Assembly: GCA_003230435.1 (NCBI GenBank)
Contig: QIDW01000225.1
Span: forward strand, 1-38,470
DNA: 38,470 nt
Origin: Acidimicrobiia bacterium
GTDB lineage: Bacteria; Actinomycetota; Acidimicrobiia; Spongiisociales; ZC4RG35
Reading direction: 5' to 3'
Shown here piece after piece: positions 30,755-38,470 of this stretch. A program made the translations under genes and the position numbers. A model generated the notes under the pieces. That model was given only the letters and a program-made list of their open reading frames with translations, searched no databases and was not told where the DNA came from. Each line of letters starts with the position of its first letter. Position 1 is the stretch's first letter.

Positions 30755-31332
30755 GTCTTGACTTCGGTTGGCTCCGTACGGACTGTGTGCCAGAACGCGG
30801 CCATGTACCCCCACGCCGACCCGACTGTTGCGATCACTGCGAAAAGCATCGCCCACTGGTCCAGATACCAGGGTCCCCACGGCTCCGAGAGACGGATAAA
30901 TGCCAGGAAAATAGCCAAGAACTGGGCCACCGTCTTGATCTTCCCCCAGGTCGAGGGTCTTATCAGCCCGCCTCGCTGGGCAACAACACCTCGCAACGCC
31001 ATCACCAAGAACTCCCTGAAGATGAGGATCGCCGCCGGCCAGATGGAGACTCTGTCCACAGAAACGAGGGCCAAAAGGGTCCCGGTCACGAGGATCTTGT
31101 CGGCTGTAGTGTCGAGGAAACCCCCAAGAACGGTTTCATCCGAATAGCGTCTCGCCAGATAGCCATCGAGATAATCGGTGAAGGCCGCCACGGCAAAGAG
31201 CCCCGCTGCGATGAGAAGGTGGGTGCCAATCTGGTCGGCTCGCGTGAAAGCCATGATCGGTACGACCATTGCGATCCGAATAAGGGCGAGCGCATTCGGA
31301 ACGGAGATAACACCTCCTCGACTAAGGCTCAC
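30751..31332 (-). CDS. pgsA: CDP-alcohol phosphatidyltransferase (phosphatidylglycerophosphate synthase-like)
   Basis: 193-aa membrane ORF with DYLDGYLARR...GGFLDTTADK, i.e. the D-G-x2-A-R-x8-G-x3-D-x3-D motif. Confidence 0.8.
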   Translation of the reverse strand: MSLSRGGVISVPNALALIRIAMVVPIMAFTRADQIGTHLLIAAGLFAVAAFTDYLDGYLARRYSDETVLGGFLDTTADKILVTGTLLALVSVDRVSIWPAAILIFREFLVMALRGVVAQRGGLIRPSTWGKIKTVAQFLAIFLAFIRLSEPWGPWYLDQWAMLFAVIATVGSAWGYMAAFWHTVRTEPTEVKT

Positions 31333-31383
31333 CGATCATAAGCCGCCGGTGGTCGGTGCGGTGGCTCGTGGTGCGTCACACCA

Positions 31384-32874
31384 CTAGACCCAGTCGAGAG
31401 AACGATCGATCGCCTGACGCCATCGACCCTGGAGCCGGGACCGCTCATCAGACGTCATGTCGGGCACCCATCGCTTGGCTTCGACCCAGAGCGAGGTGAT
31501 CTCCTCTAGTCCCGACCAGAATCCGACAGCAAGACCGGCGGCGTAGGCCGCGCCTGATGCCGTCGTCTCGGCAACGATTGGCCGAACCACATCCACTCCA
31601 AGCAAATCGGCCTGGAATTGCATGAGAAGCGAATTGTGTGTCATCCCCCCGTCGACCTTCAGCTCGCTTAGATCCACCCCGGAATCTGCCGTCATGGCAT
31701 CGAGGACGTCCTTTGTCTGATAGGCCGTTGACTCGAGGGCCGCCCGGGCGATATGACCCCTGTTGGCGAATCGGGTCAGGCCGGTGATCACACCTCTCGC
31801 GTCAGGGCGCCAGTGAGGTGCAAAAAGACCGGAGAACGCCGGGACGAAGTAGACGTCTCCGTTGTCCTCGACCGACAGAGCCAGATCTTCGACGTCGGAT
31901 GCATCCACAATGAGCCCGAGATTGTCCCGGAGCCACTGCACCAGTGACCCGGTGACGGCAACCGATCCTTCGAGGGCATAAACGGTGTCCTCGCCGTCAA
32001 TCCGGAATGCCACTGTGCTGAGAAGACCGGCCTCGGACGGAACCGGACTGGTGCCGGTATTCATCAACATGAAGTTCCCGGTGCCGTACGTGTTCTTGGC
32101 ATCCCCGGGCGTGAAACAGACCTGCCCGAACAGGGCCGCCTGCTGATCACCGAGAATCGCTGTAAGTGGAACACCGGAGAGAGGGCTGACACACGATCCG
32201 ATATGCCCGACGGAGGCCACGATCTCTGGAAGCATGTGAGTGGGCACGCCGATCTCCATCAACAGATCGGAATCCCAGGTCGTCGTGACCAGATCCATCA
32301 GCATGGTTCTGGACGCGTTGGTCACATCGGTGACATGGCGGCCACCCTCGATACCACCGGTCAGGTTCCACGCCACCCAGGAGTCGATCGTGCCAAAGGC
32401 AAGGTCACCCCTCGCCGCCCGCTCTCCTAGATCGTGTTCGTCGAGAAGCCAGCGCACCTTCGGGCCGGCAAAATAGGTTGCCAGAGGAAGGCCGGTCCTC
32501 TCCCGAAACCGGTCGGGCCCCTCGTCGCCCTCGAGTGACTTACAGAGACCGGCCGTTCGAGTGTCCTGCCAGACGACTGCATTGGCAATCGGTGCGCCCG
32601 AGGAGCGATCCCAGACAACCGTGGTTTCCCGCTGATTCGTGATTCCGACGGCCGCCAGGTCGCCAGGCACGAGACCGGCCCCGGAAAGGGCTCCCTCAAT
32701 GACTGATACGGTGTTTGCCCAGATCTCGCCTGGGTCGTGTTCTACCCAACCCGGCTTCGGAAAAATCTGCTGGTGCTCCCGCTGATCAAGTGAAACCACG
32801 GTCCCCGCTCGGTCGAAAACCATGAATCGGGTCGAGGTCGTGCCCTGGTCAAGCGCTCCGATGTACTCAGCCAT
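31384..32874 (-). CDS. glpK: Glycerol kinase
   Basis: 496-aa ORF: [18 protein letters not shown]...[13 protein letters not shown]...[12 protein letters not shown]...[19 protein letters not shown]. Confidence 0.95.
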   Translation of the reverse strand: MAEYIGALDQGTTSTRFMVFDRAGTVVSLDQREHQQIFPKPGWVEHDPGEIWANTVSVIEGALSGAGLVPGDLAAVGITNQRETTVVWDRSSGAPIANAVVWQDTRTAGLCKSLEGDEGPDRFRERTGLPLATYFAGPKVRWLLDEHDLGERAARGDLAFGTIDSWVAWNLTGGIEGGRHVTDVTNASRTMLMDLVTTTWDSDLLMEIGVPTHMLPEIVASVGHIGSCVSPLSGVPLTAILGDQQAALFGQVCFTPGDAKNTYGTGNFMLMNTGTSPVPSEAGLLSTVAFRIDGEDTVYALEGSVAVTGSLVQWLRDNLGLIVDASDVEDLALSVEDNGDVYFVPAFSGLFAPHWRPDARGVITGLTRFANRGHIARAALESTAYQTKDVLDAMTADSGVDLSELKVDGGMTHNSLLMQFQADLLGVDVVRPIVAETTASGAAYAAGLAVGFWSGLEEITSLWVEAKRWVPDMTSDERSRLQGRWRQAIDRSLDWV

Positions 32875-33445
32875 CTCGACCCCGGTGAGCAGCCTGTTCC
32901 TGGGCGCGCTCGGGGTCGCTGAGCCACTGCTCTACGACGTCCGCCGCATCCTCCAGCATCACATCGACCTCAGAACGCTCGCTCTTCGAAAAAGGGCGCA
33001 GGACAAAGTCGGCAGGATCCATCGAGCCGGGAGGTCGGCCGACCCCAATTTTGAGTCTCGAGAACTCCTTGACACCGAGGGACTTCTCGACAGAGCGAAT
33101 CCCGTTGTGGCCCCCACTGCCACCGGCAACTTGAATGCGGAGACGACCAAAGGCCAGGTCGATGTCGTCGTGGATCACCAACAGATCGCCAGGATCGACC
33201 TTGTAGTAGGCCAGCGCAGCCTGGACCGCTGCGCCCGACTCGTTCATGTAGGTGTTGGGAACGAAGTAGAGCGTTCTGTCTTCGCCGACACCTGTCTGAG
33301 CCACCATCCCTCGCACTCGCGATGGTGCTTTGCCGAAGGACTGGTCGGCCCGATCGACGAGACGTGCCAGCACAGCGAACCCAGCATTATGTCGTGTACG
33401 GTCGTAGTCGGCACCAGGATTGCGGAGCCCGACGACTACCCGCAC
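32867..33445 (-). CDS. pth: Peptidyl-tRNA hydrolase
   Basis: GTG 33445 gives [23 protein letters not shown]...GGHNGIRS. The longer track ORF would overlap rplY. There is an 8-nt overlap with the glpK start. Confidence 0.9.
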   Translation of the reverse strand: MRVVVGLRNPGADYDRTRHNAGFAVLARLVDRADQSFGKAPSRVRGMVAQTGVGEDRTLYFVPNTYMNESGAAVQAALAYYKVDPGDLLVIHDDIDLAFGRLRIQVAGGSGGHNGIRSVEKSLGVKEFSRLKIGVGRPPGSMDPADFVLRPFSKSERSEVDVMLEDAADVVEQWLSDPERAQEQAAHRGRDG

Positions 33446-33449
33446 CGGT

Positions 33450-34133
33450 CTACTCGGTTGTTTCGGCCTCTTCTTCGTCTTCGGCCTCAGCGCCCTCTTC
33501 AGCTTCACCCTCGGCAAGCTCCTCGCCCTCTAGCAACTCTGCTTCTTCGTCCACCTCTGGCTCTTCGACGATCTCGGCAGCGGGAACAGTGACGGACATG
33601 ATGACGGCATCAGAATCCTCGAGGTAGATGATGTCCTCGAGCTCGGGAAGATCTTCCACACGAAGCGAACCACCAACCTCGACCTCGGACACGTCGAGTT
33701 CAATGTACGAAGGGATTTCTGTGGGTAGAACCTCGATCTGCACGGACGTTCTCCGAGGGCTGAAAACACCACCCTCGGTCACGCCCACAGGAGTGCCTTC
33801 GAACTGAATCGTCACTTCGGCAGTCACCTTCTGACTGAGGTCGACTGTGACGAAATCAACGTGTCTGTACTCGTCTCGAAAAGGATGCCGCTCGATGACC
33901 CTGGCCATAGTGGTCAGTGAGTCACCGCCCTCGATCTCGAGACTGATGATGGCGTTGGAGCCGGCCTCGGTGTGAAGGGCCAACTGAAGGGCATGGGCAT
34001 CAACCGAAAGCGGCACGGAATCAACACCTTTGCCATAGACGACGGCAGGAACCAGGCCCTCGCGACGAATTCGGCGGGACTCGCGCGATCCGGGCGACCG
34101 ACCCGGAAGGGCGCGCAGGCTGACTTCAGACAT
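33450..34133 (-). CDS. rplY: 50S ribosomal protein L25 / general stress protein Ctc, with an acidic C-terminal tail
   Basis: ATG 34133 gives MSEVSLRALPGRSPGSRESRRIRREGLVPAVVYGKG.... The C-terminus is EEPEVDEEAELLEGEELAEGEAEEGAEAEDEEEAETTE. Confidence 0.9.
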   Translation of the reverse strand: MSEVSLRALPGRSPGSRESRRIRREGLVPAVVYGKGVDSVPLSVDAHALQLALHTEAGSNAIISLEIEGGDSLTTMARVIERHPFRDEYRHVDFVTVDLSQKVTAEVTIQFEGTPVGVTEGGVFSPRRTSVQIEVLPTEIPSYIELDVSEVEVGGSLRVEDLPELEDIIYLEDSDAVIMSVTVPAAEIVEEPEVDEEAELLEGEELAEGEAEEGAEAEDEEEAETTE

Positions 34134-34171
34134 CAAAAGACTCCTTGGAGAAATGAAGGGGCGGATCCCAA

Positions 34172-34834
34172 TTATGGCTTCTGCCGGTTGCTTCTGCCAG
34201 ACGAGATCCTCCCGATCCATCCTGAGGTCCGATCGACGAGCCGTTCGACCGTCGACTCATGCGTCCAGCCGCCGCCTTTTGGGGAGTGCCCTGCGCCATC
34301 GAGAAGCTCCACCTCCGCGTTCGGGAGCGGACGGATGTGCTCGTCGAAGAGGGGCATCCGAGACAATGCGTCCCTCGATCCCTGAAAGAAAAGCAGTGGC
34401 ACCGTGACATCCGGGAAGTGGTCGATGCGGAGCTTTTCCGGCTTGCCTGCCGGATGCAGCGGGTAGGCATAGAGGACTACTCCAGCGGCCTCGTCCCCTT
34501 CGGCCACCAGCAGGGTCGCAATTCGGCCGCCCATCGATCTCCCAGCCAGAAAGAGGGATTCCACCTGCGGTCGCAGGAATTCCGCGACTCCGCGATGGCA
34601 CTCGATCAGCTTCTCGGCGCGATCAGGGCTTCTCGAGCCTCGCTCCGTGTAGGGGTAGTTGAAGGTCATCACGGTGTGGCCGGCATCGGCAAGGCCATCG
34701 CGGAGCAAGATGATGAACGGGTGGTCCTGATCTACCCCTGCACCATGCGCGAGGAGGATTCCATTCGGTCCATCACCTGTCAGACGTCCGGACACCTCTC
34801 CGCGAGTCCATGCAATGGTGACTGAGTCGACCAT
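34172..34834 (-). CDS. Alpha/beta hydrolase (dienelactone-hydrolase/KANL3-like family)
   Basis: ATG 34834 gives MVDSVTIAW.... It has a nucleophile elbow GRSMGG, then LLFFQGSRD and GAGHS segments. Confidence 0.7.
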   Translation of the reverse strand: MVDSVTIAWTRGEVSGRLTGDGPNGILLAHGAGVDQDHPFIILLRDGLADAGHTVMTFNYPYTERGSRSPDRAEKLIECHRGVAEFLRPQVESLFLAGRSMGGRIATLLVAEGDEAAGVVLYAYPLHPAGKPEKLRIDHFPDVTVPLLFFQGSRDALSRMPLFDEHIRPLPNAEVELLDGAGHSPKGGGWTHESTVERLVDRTSGWIGRISSGRSNRQKP

Positions 34835-34870
34835 GAGGCAAATGTAGGGCAGACAGGTACCGTCCGTGGG

Positions 34871-35528
34871 ATGGAGTTGGTGATTCACGAGACACCAGAA
34901 GCGACGGCAACTGCCGTGGCACAACGCGTCGCGAGCGAGATTCGAGTCGCGAAAGACGGTTTCACACTTGGACTCGCCGGCGGCTCGACTCCTGGGGCAA
35001 CCTATGAAGCCCTTCGTCGTCACACCGTCGATTGGAGTCGAGTTGATGCCTGGCTATCGGATGAGCGCTGGGTTCAGCCAGATCACCTGAGGTGTAACGG
35101 GCGGATGGCGGCCGAAACGTTGATGGATCACGTCGATGCCAGGTTTCACCGACCAGGCTGGAGCGAGTTGATCGAGCCCGACGACTCCGCTGTCCTCTAT
35201 GAATCCGCGATCAGGGCGGTGCTCCACGATGGCAGACCGGATCTCATACTCCTCGGATTGGGTGACGACGGTCATACCGCGTCTTTGTTCCCCGGAACCG
35301 CTGCTCTCGACGAGGAGAGCCGCTGGATTGTTGCCAACCATGTTCCCCAAGTTCAGGAAACGCGGCTCACTTCTACCTATCCGATGCTGTGGAGGGCCCG
35401 TCTTCTGATGGTCCTGGTAGGCGGCGCTCGAGGACTCCCTGGCGGGAAATACACCAGCGGGCAGGCTTGACGAAGGTGAGGCAAAGGTCGAATGGCACGT
35501 AGACACGGCCGCAGCCTCGCTGCTCTAG
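34871..35528 (+). pseudogene. pgl: 6-phosphogluconolactonase, with its 3' end shifted out of frame
   Basis: GLAGGSTP and LLGLGDDGHTASLFPG are in ORF 34871..35470. After ...LLMVLVGG the family-typical end AALEDSLAGNTPAGRLDEGEAKVEWHVDTAAASLL-stop (35526-35528) is in the +1 frame. The frames change within about 35420-35427. Confidence 0.75.
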
Positions 35529-36430
35529 TAGCGGCCGTCGTCGTCCTCGCGGCGTGCTCGCCCGCGAGCGGGGAAACCGCCACAACAACCGAAGTGCCGG
35601 CCATGTCTTCCACCTCTACGTCGACCACCGCCACATCATCGACGACCACGACCATCACAACCACTACAACCACGCTGCCTCCCACGACGACAACCCTCCC
35701 GCCCACGACAACCACAACGACTCGCCCGGAACTTCCTGACATCGGAGTCGAGGTGAAAGTGCCGGACGGAGAAGGACCGTTCCCGGCGGTCGTGTTGGTC
35801 CACGGAGGCGGCTGGCTGACAGGAGACCCCTCGATCATGCGGCCAATGGCGACATTCCTGACCGACGAGGGGTTTCTAACGGTCAACACTCCCTACAAAC
35901 TCTCCAACGAGAGCCCCGGTTTCCCCCAGGCGGTTGACGACGTGGCATGTGCAGTCAGATACGCCGCCGCCCATCCCAACTCGGACGGGACCGTGGTTTT
36001 GATCGGGCACTCCGCCGGAGCCCAAATATCGGCGATCGTGGCCCTAGCCGGCGATCGGTACGCCGCCGACTGCCCGATTCCCGGCACTGGCCTTCCCGAC
36101 AGATTGGTCGGCTTGGCCGGGCCGTACGATGTCAGCCGACTCGGCATCATCATGCTTCCGTTCTTCGGCGCCGGACCCATCGCGAACCCCGACGCCTGGC
36201 TGGCCGGCAATCCACAACGACTCACCGACGAGAACACCGACCTCGTCAGTCTGATCATGTACGGAGGAAGTGACGGGATCGTCGACAGCCAATTCGCCAT
36301 CGACTTCCAACGGGCATTGTCCGACTCGGGATCAGAGTCTCTCCTGGAGGAGGTTGAGGGTGCTCTCCACAGCCAGATGAGGGATCCGGACTGGGTGGGT
36401 GACCTCATCGTCACCTGGCTGGAGAGATAG
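35492..36430 (+). CDS. Lipoprotein alpha/beta-hydrolase (esterase/lipase, HGGG type) with a Thr/Pro-rich linker
   Basis: Signal peptide plus lipobox (VVVLAAC); Ser/Thr/Pro linker at 35606-35719; oxyanion-hole segment LVHGGGW; nucleophile elbow GHSAGA. Confidence 0.75.
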   Translation: MARRHGRSLAALVAAVVVLAACSPASGETATTTEVPAMSSTSTSTTATSSTTTTITTTTTTLPPTTTTLPPTTTTTTRPELPDIGVEVKVPDGEGPFPAVVLVHGGGWLTGDPSIMRPMATFLTDEGFLTVNTPYKLSNESPGFPQAVDDVACAVRYAAAHPNSDGTVVLIGHSAGAQISAIVALAGDRYAADCPIPGTGLPDRLVGLAGPYDVSRLGIIMLPFFGAGPIANPDAWLAGNPQRLTDENTDLVSLIMYGGSDGIVDSQFAIDFQRALSDSGSESLLEEVEGALHSQMRDPDWVGDLIVTWLER

Positions 36431-36446
36431 TCTCGAACCAGATCGT

Positions 36447-36491
36447 GCGTGTGCACAAGTTGGGCCATGGGCCTGCAGGTCATGCACACGC
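36447..36491. terminator. Hairpin in a convergent gap (GCGTGTGCA-N27-TGCACACGC), related in sequence to the 8083-8143 repeat
   Basis: Perfect 9-bp arms at 36447-55 and 36483-91. Located between the esterase stop (36430) and the glycosylase stop (36513). There is no clear U-tract. Confidence 0.35.
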
Positions 36492-36512
36492 TGTGTACAG
36501 GTTGGCCCGTGG

Positions 36513-37388
36513 TCACATTCCGGTGATGTTCCGGGGACTCATCCTGGGACCGAACTTTGGCTCATGACCCAGGTAGTGGAGCAGCCTGATCACACGACCC
36601 CGATTTGGCCGGAACGGCTCGAGTAGATCCAACATCTCCTTGTCCGTCCCTCTATCCCGACCCGTCAGATGGTGAACAACCATGTGCTTGAAATGGAAGT
36701 CACCCACGGCCACCTGATCGGGGTCGCCATGAGAAACCTCGAGTGTCTTGGCCACACTCCACTCCCCGACACCGTCGAAGGATCCAAGCAACCTGGCAGC
36801 CTCGGCCGGACCTACCCAGGCCAGAGCATCAATCTTCTCCCGGTTCGCCGCCAGCCGACGGAGGACATCAGCGCGGCGCTTCTCCAGATGTAGCTCGTGG
36901 AACACCCAGTAGGGAGCGTCGGCTATCCGCTCGTGGTCAGGAGGCAGCTCCAAGCTCTCATTGGGGCCGGGAGCCGGGTCAGAGAACGTCCGATACAACC
37001 CGCGCATCGCCGAAGCTGCCTCACTCCCGGTCACTTTTTGGCCGCAGACGGCAACAACTAGAGAATCAAGAACCAGATCGGTCCGGCCGAATCGCTCTCC
37101 GGGATGACGACGATGAAGCTCGGACACGATCGGGTCGTCCGTCTCGAACCCGGATGGGTCGTCATTGAGCCCCGAGACTGCACCGAGTCTGTCGAGCAAC
37201 CAAAGAGACCCTTCTCCCCACGCCTCCCCAATCACCTCCTCGCGTGTGCGGCGAATTCGCAGCGATCCAGGCCCCCGAGGTGTGCGGGCAGTCAGCCACC
37301 AACCGTCGTCGGCAAACCTCCCATGGAGGGGCTGCAGAGTTCGCCTCAGATCGAGGACACCCTCAATCGGGATCGACCTGGTCTCCAT
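36513..37388 (-). CDS. HhH-GPD base-excision DNA glycosylase (AlkA-like)
   Basis: ATG 37388 gives METRSIPIEG.... It has the VAVCGQKVTG helix, the HhH hairpin FDGVGEWSVAKTL and a downstream Asp (VAVGDFHF). Confidence 0.8.
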   Translation of the reverse strand: METRSIPIEGVLDLRRTLQPLHGRFADDGWWLTARTPRGPGSLRIRRTREEVIGEAWGEGSLWLLDRLGAVSGLNDDPSGFETDDPIVSELHRRHPGERFGRTDLVLDSLVVAVCGQKVTGSEAASAMRGLYRTFSDPAPGPNESLELPPDHERIADAPYWVFHELHLEKRRADVLRRLAANREKIDALAWVGPAEAARLLGSFDGVGEWSVAKTLEVSHGDPDQVAVGDFHFKHMVVHHLTGRDRGTDKEMLDLLEPFRPNRGRVIRLLHYLGHEPKFGPRMSPRNITGM

Positions 37389-37516
37389 CCTCCCATCCTT
37401 GTCGATACCGGCGGATTGCAACCCACCAAGAACTAAAACACGTACCTAATGCACCACGCGTCGCATGCGATCTTTTGTGCGAAGAGAAGGGCAACCAAGG
37501 GTCAAACCCGTCGTTA

Positions 37517-37804
37517 CTACCCCACCGCGCGGAGTTCGCCGTCGACGATCAACTCGTCAACTACTCCAACGACGACCGCTCGCACGGCACCCCAATCGAG
37601 ACCAAGAATCTGGCGGGCGGAAGTGCCCTCGTCCAAGATCAGCACTGTCTCGCCCACACCGGCATCGACCACATCGATGGCAATCGTGTAGCCGGATGGC
37701 TCCCCGGAGATGTCCTGAACGTCGCAGACCAGCAAACGATGGCCGTCGAGCACGGGGGCGTTGATCGTGGAGACAACCGTTCCGACTACTTTGCCGACCT
37801 TCAC
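37517..37804 (-). CDS. BMC vertex (pentamer) protein, EutN/CcmL family, paralogue 2
   Basis: 95 aa: MKVGKVVGTVVSTINAPVLDGHRLLVCDV...IAIDVVDAGVGETVLILDEGTSARQ...VVGVVDEL matches the EutN/CcmL pattern. It has a GTGA overlap with the upstream paralogue. Confidence 0.85.
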   Translation of the reverse strand: MKVGKVVGTVVSTINAPVLDGHRLLVCDVQDISGEPSGYTIAIDVVDAGVGETVLILDEGTSARQILGLDWGAVRAVVVGVVDELIVDGELRAVG

Positions 37805-38079
37805 GCGTTCGCTCCTAGGTGGACCTGATCGACGATCCCGACTATGGCGTGATCTACGGGCGCGAATCGCTCGGGAAGCGCCTCGGCGGCCTCCCTCGAG
37901 CTGACGAAGTAGACAAGCTCTCCCGGTCCGGCCATTTGAACCGCATCGGCGGCCACCACCGTGCTACCGGCCGGTTTTTGATGTTTGTCGAGAGGTTGGA
38001 TCACGAGAAAGCGGACACCCTCGAGGCCATCTGCCTTCTCCGTCGCAACAACACTTCCAAGGACGCGCGCCAACTGCAT
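37801..38079 (-). CDS. BMC vertex (pentamer) protein, EutN/CcmL family, paralogue 1
   Basis: 92 aa: MQLARVLGSVVATEKADGLEGVRFLVIQPLD...VAADAVQMAGPGELVYFVSSREAA...IVGIVDQV. Confidence 0.85.
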   Translation of the reverse strand: MQLARVLGSVVATEKADGLEGVRFLVIQPLDKHQKPAGSTVVAADAVQMAGPGELVYFVSSREAAEALPERFAPVDHAIVGIVDQVHLGANA

Positions 38080-38080
38080 G

Positions 38081-38470
38081 TCAGCTCTCGATTCGTTTCA
38101 AGAATCGAAGCTGGCTCCCCAGGTTCTCGATCATCTCTTGATGCAACTGGGCGATCACATCGGACCGAACCAATGTGCCATGAGGCTCGACACGACTCAC
38201 CGCTGCATCAACGGCGGCTGGAGAGCGTCCCGGAGAAGAAGACATACCCCTTGCCACCAATGCCGTCAGCCAGACGGACTGCCCCTAAGACAACCTGGGC
38301 TGCTTTGACCCCGGCGTCCGCACCGTCGATCACGGAGGCCACTGAGGACGTCTCGACGATCCCCAGGGCCTCTTCGCCGAACGTCGCATTCTTGGCGCCC
38401 CCAACAATCGCTGATGTCACATCCGGGTGTATGTCGGGGAGGAACACCGAGTCGGTGACGTTGTCCCCAC
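38081..38470 (-). pseudogene. BMC-domain shell protein. It is partial (runs off the window), probably tandem-domain, and carries one frameshift.
   Basis: EEALGIVETSSVASVIDGADAGVKAAQVVLGAVRLADGIGGKGYVFFSG is a canonical BMC (Pfam00936-like) core. After FFSG the expected continuation RSPAAVDAAVSRVEPHGTLVRSDVIAQLHQEMIENL...RIES-stop (38081-83) is in another frame, with the shift at about 38226-38231. The frame is open to nt 38470. The first visible residues, SVFLPDIHPDVTSAIVGG, look like the end of a preceding BMC domain. Confidence 0.8.

Noticed and set aside
33453-33572. Acidic Glu/Ala-rich C-terminal tail of L25/Ctc as something unusual
   Set aside because: As far as I recall, low-complexity C-terminal extensions are common on Ctc-type L25 proteins in Actinomycetota. 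I did not treat this one as a distinct feature.
35377-35889. 170-aa minus-strand ORF with poly-Val runs
   Set aside because: It is the complement of the Thr-rich linker of the esterase (ACN codons read as NGT/GTN). It is an artefact.
35895-35915. Extra copy of the intergenic motif (CTCTCCAACGAGAG) inside the esterase gene
   Set aside because: Only a 10-mer is shared and it sits in frame in coding sequence (KLSNES). This is compatible with chance.

Overview
This is a 38.5-kb GC-rich chromosomal segment with Actinomycetota-type gene order: gatCAB, dapE/dapD, ligA, mnmA-iscS; ppx-DUF501-FtsB-like-eno-mazG...mfd; pth-rplY. Most of it is tightly packed core housekeeping with many 4-nt ATGA/GTGA start/stop overlaps. 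Roughly 17.8-34.8 kb is a single co-directional minus-strand block. There is one tRNA, Leu(UAA). I found no transposase, integrase, CRISPR array or recognisable defence genes. Accessory-looking content: an alkyl-sulfatase plus BASS-transporter pair, glpK-pgsA-SDR, two alpha/beta hydrolases and an HhH-GPD glycosylase. At the extreme right edge lies the end of a bacterial microcompartment (BMC) shell operon: a partial BMC-domain gene plus two EutN/CcmL genes. Its cargo genes lie outside the window. It is the best candidate for an uncharacterised system here, but it cannot be judged from this window. Other observations: (1) eight reading-frame disruptions in seven otherwise well-conserved genes (mnmA, MFS transporter, ppx, PPIase lipoprotein, mfd twice including a ~25-nt deletion, pgl, BMC shell gene), which are either assembly indels or real gene decay; (2) a short sequence motif found four times, only in intergenic DNA and always in one orientation; (3) a perfect 18-bp inverted repeat in the gatC divergent promoter region, with a related hairpin at 36.45 kb; (4) a Cys/Gly-rich short ORF preceded by a Shine-Dalgarno (SD) sequence at the left edge. 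I do not see a complete novel system inside the window.
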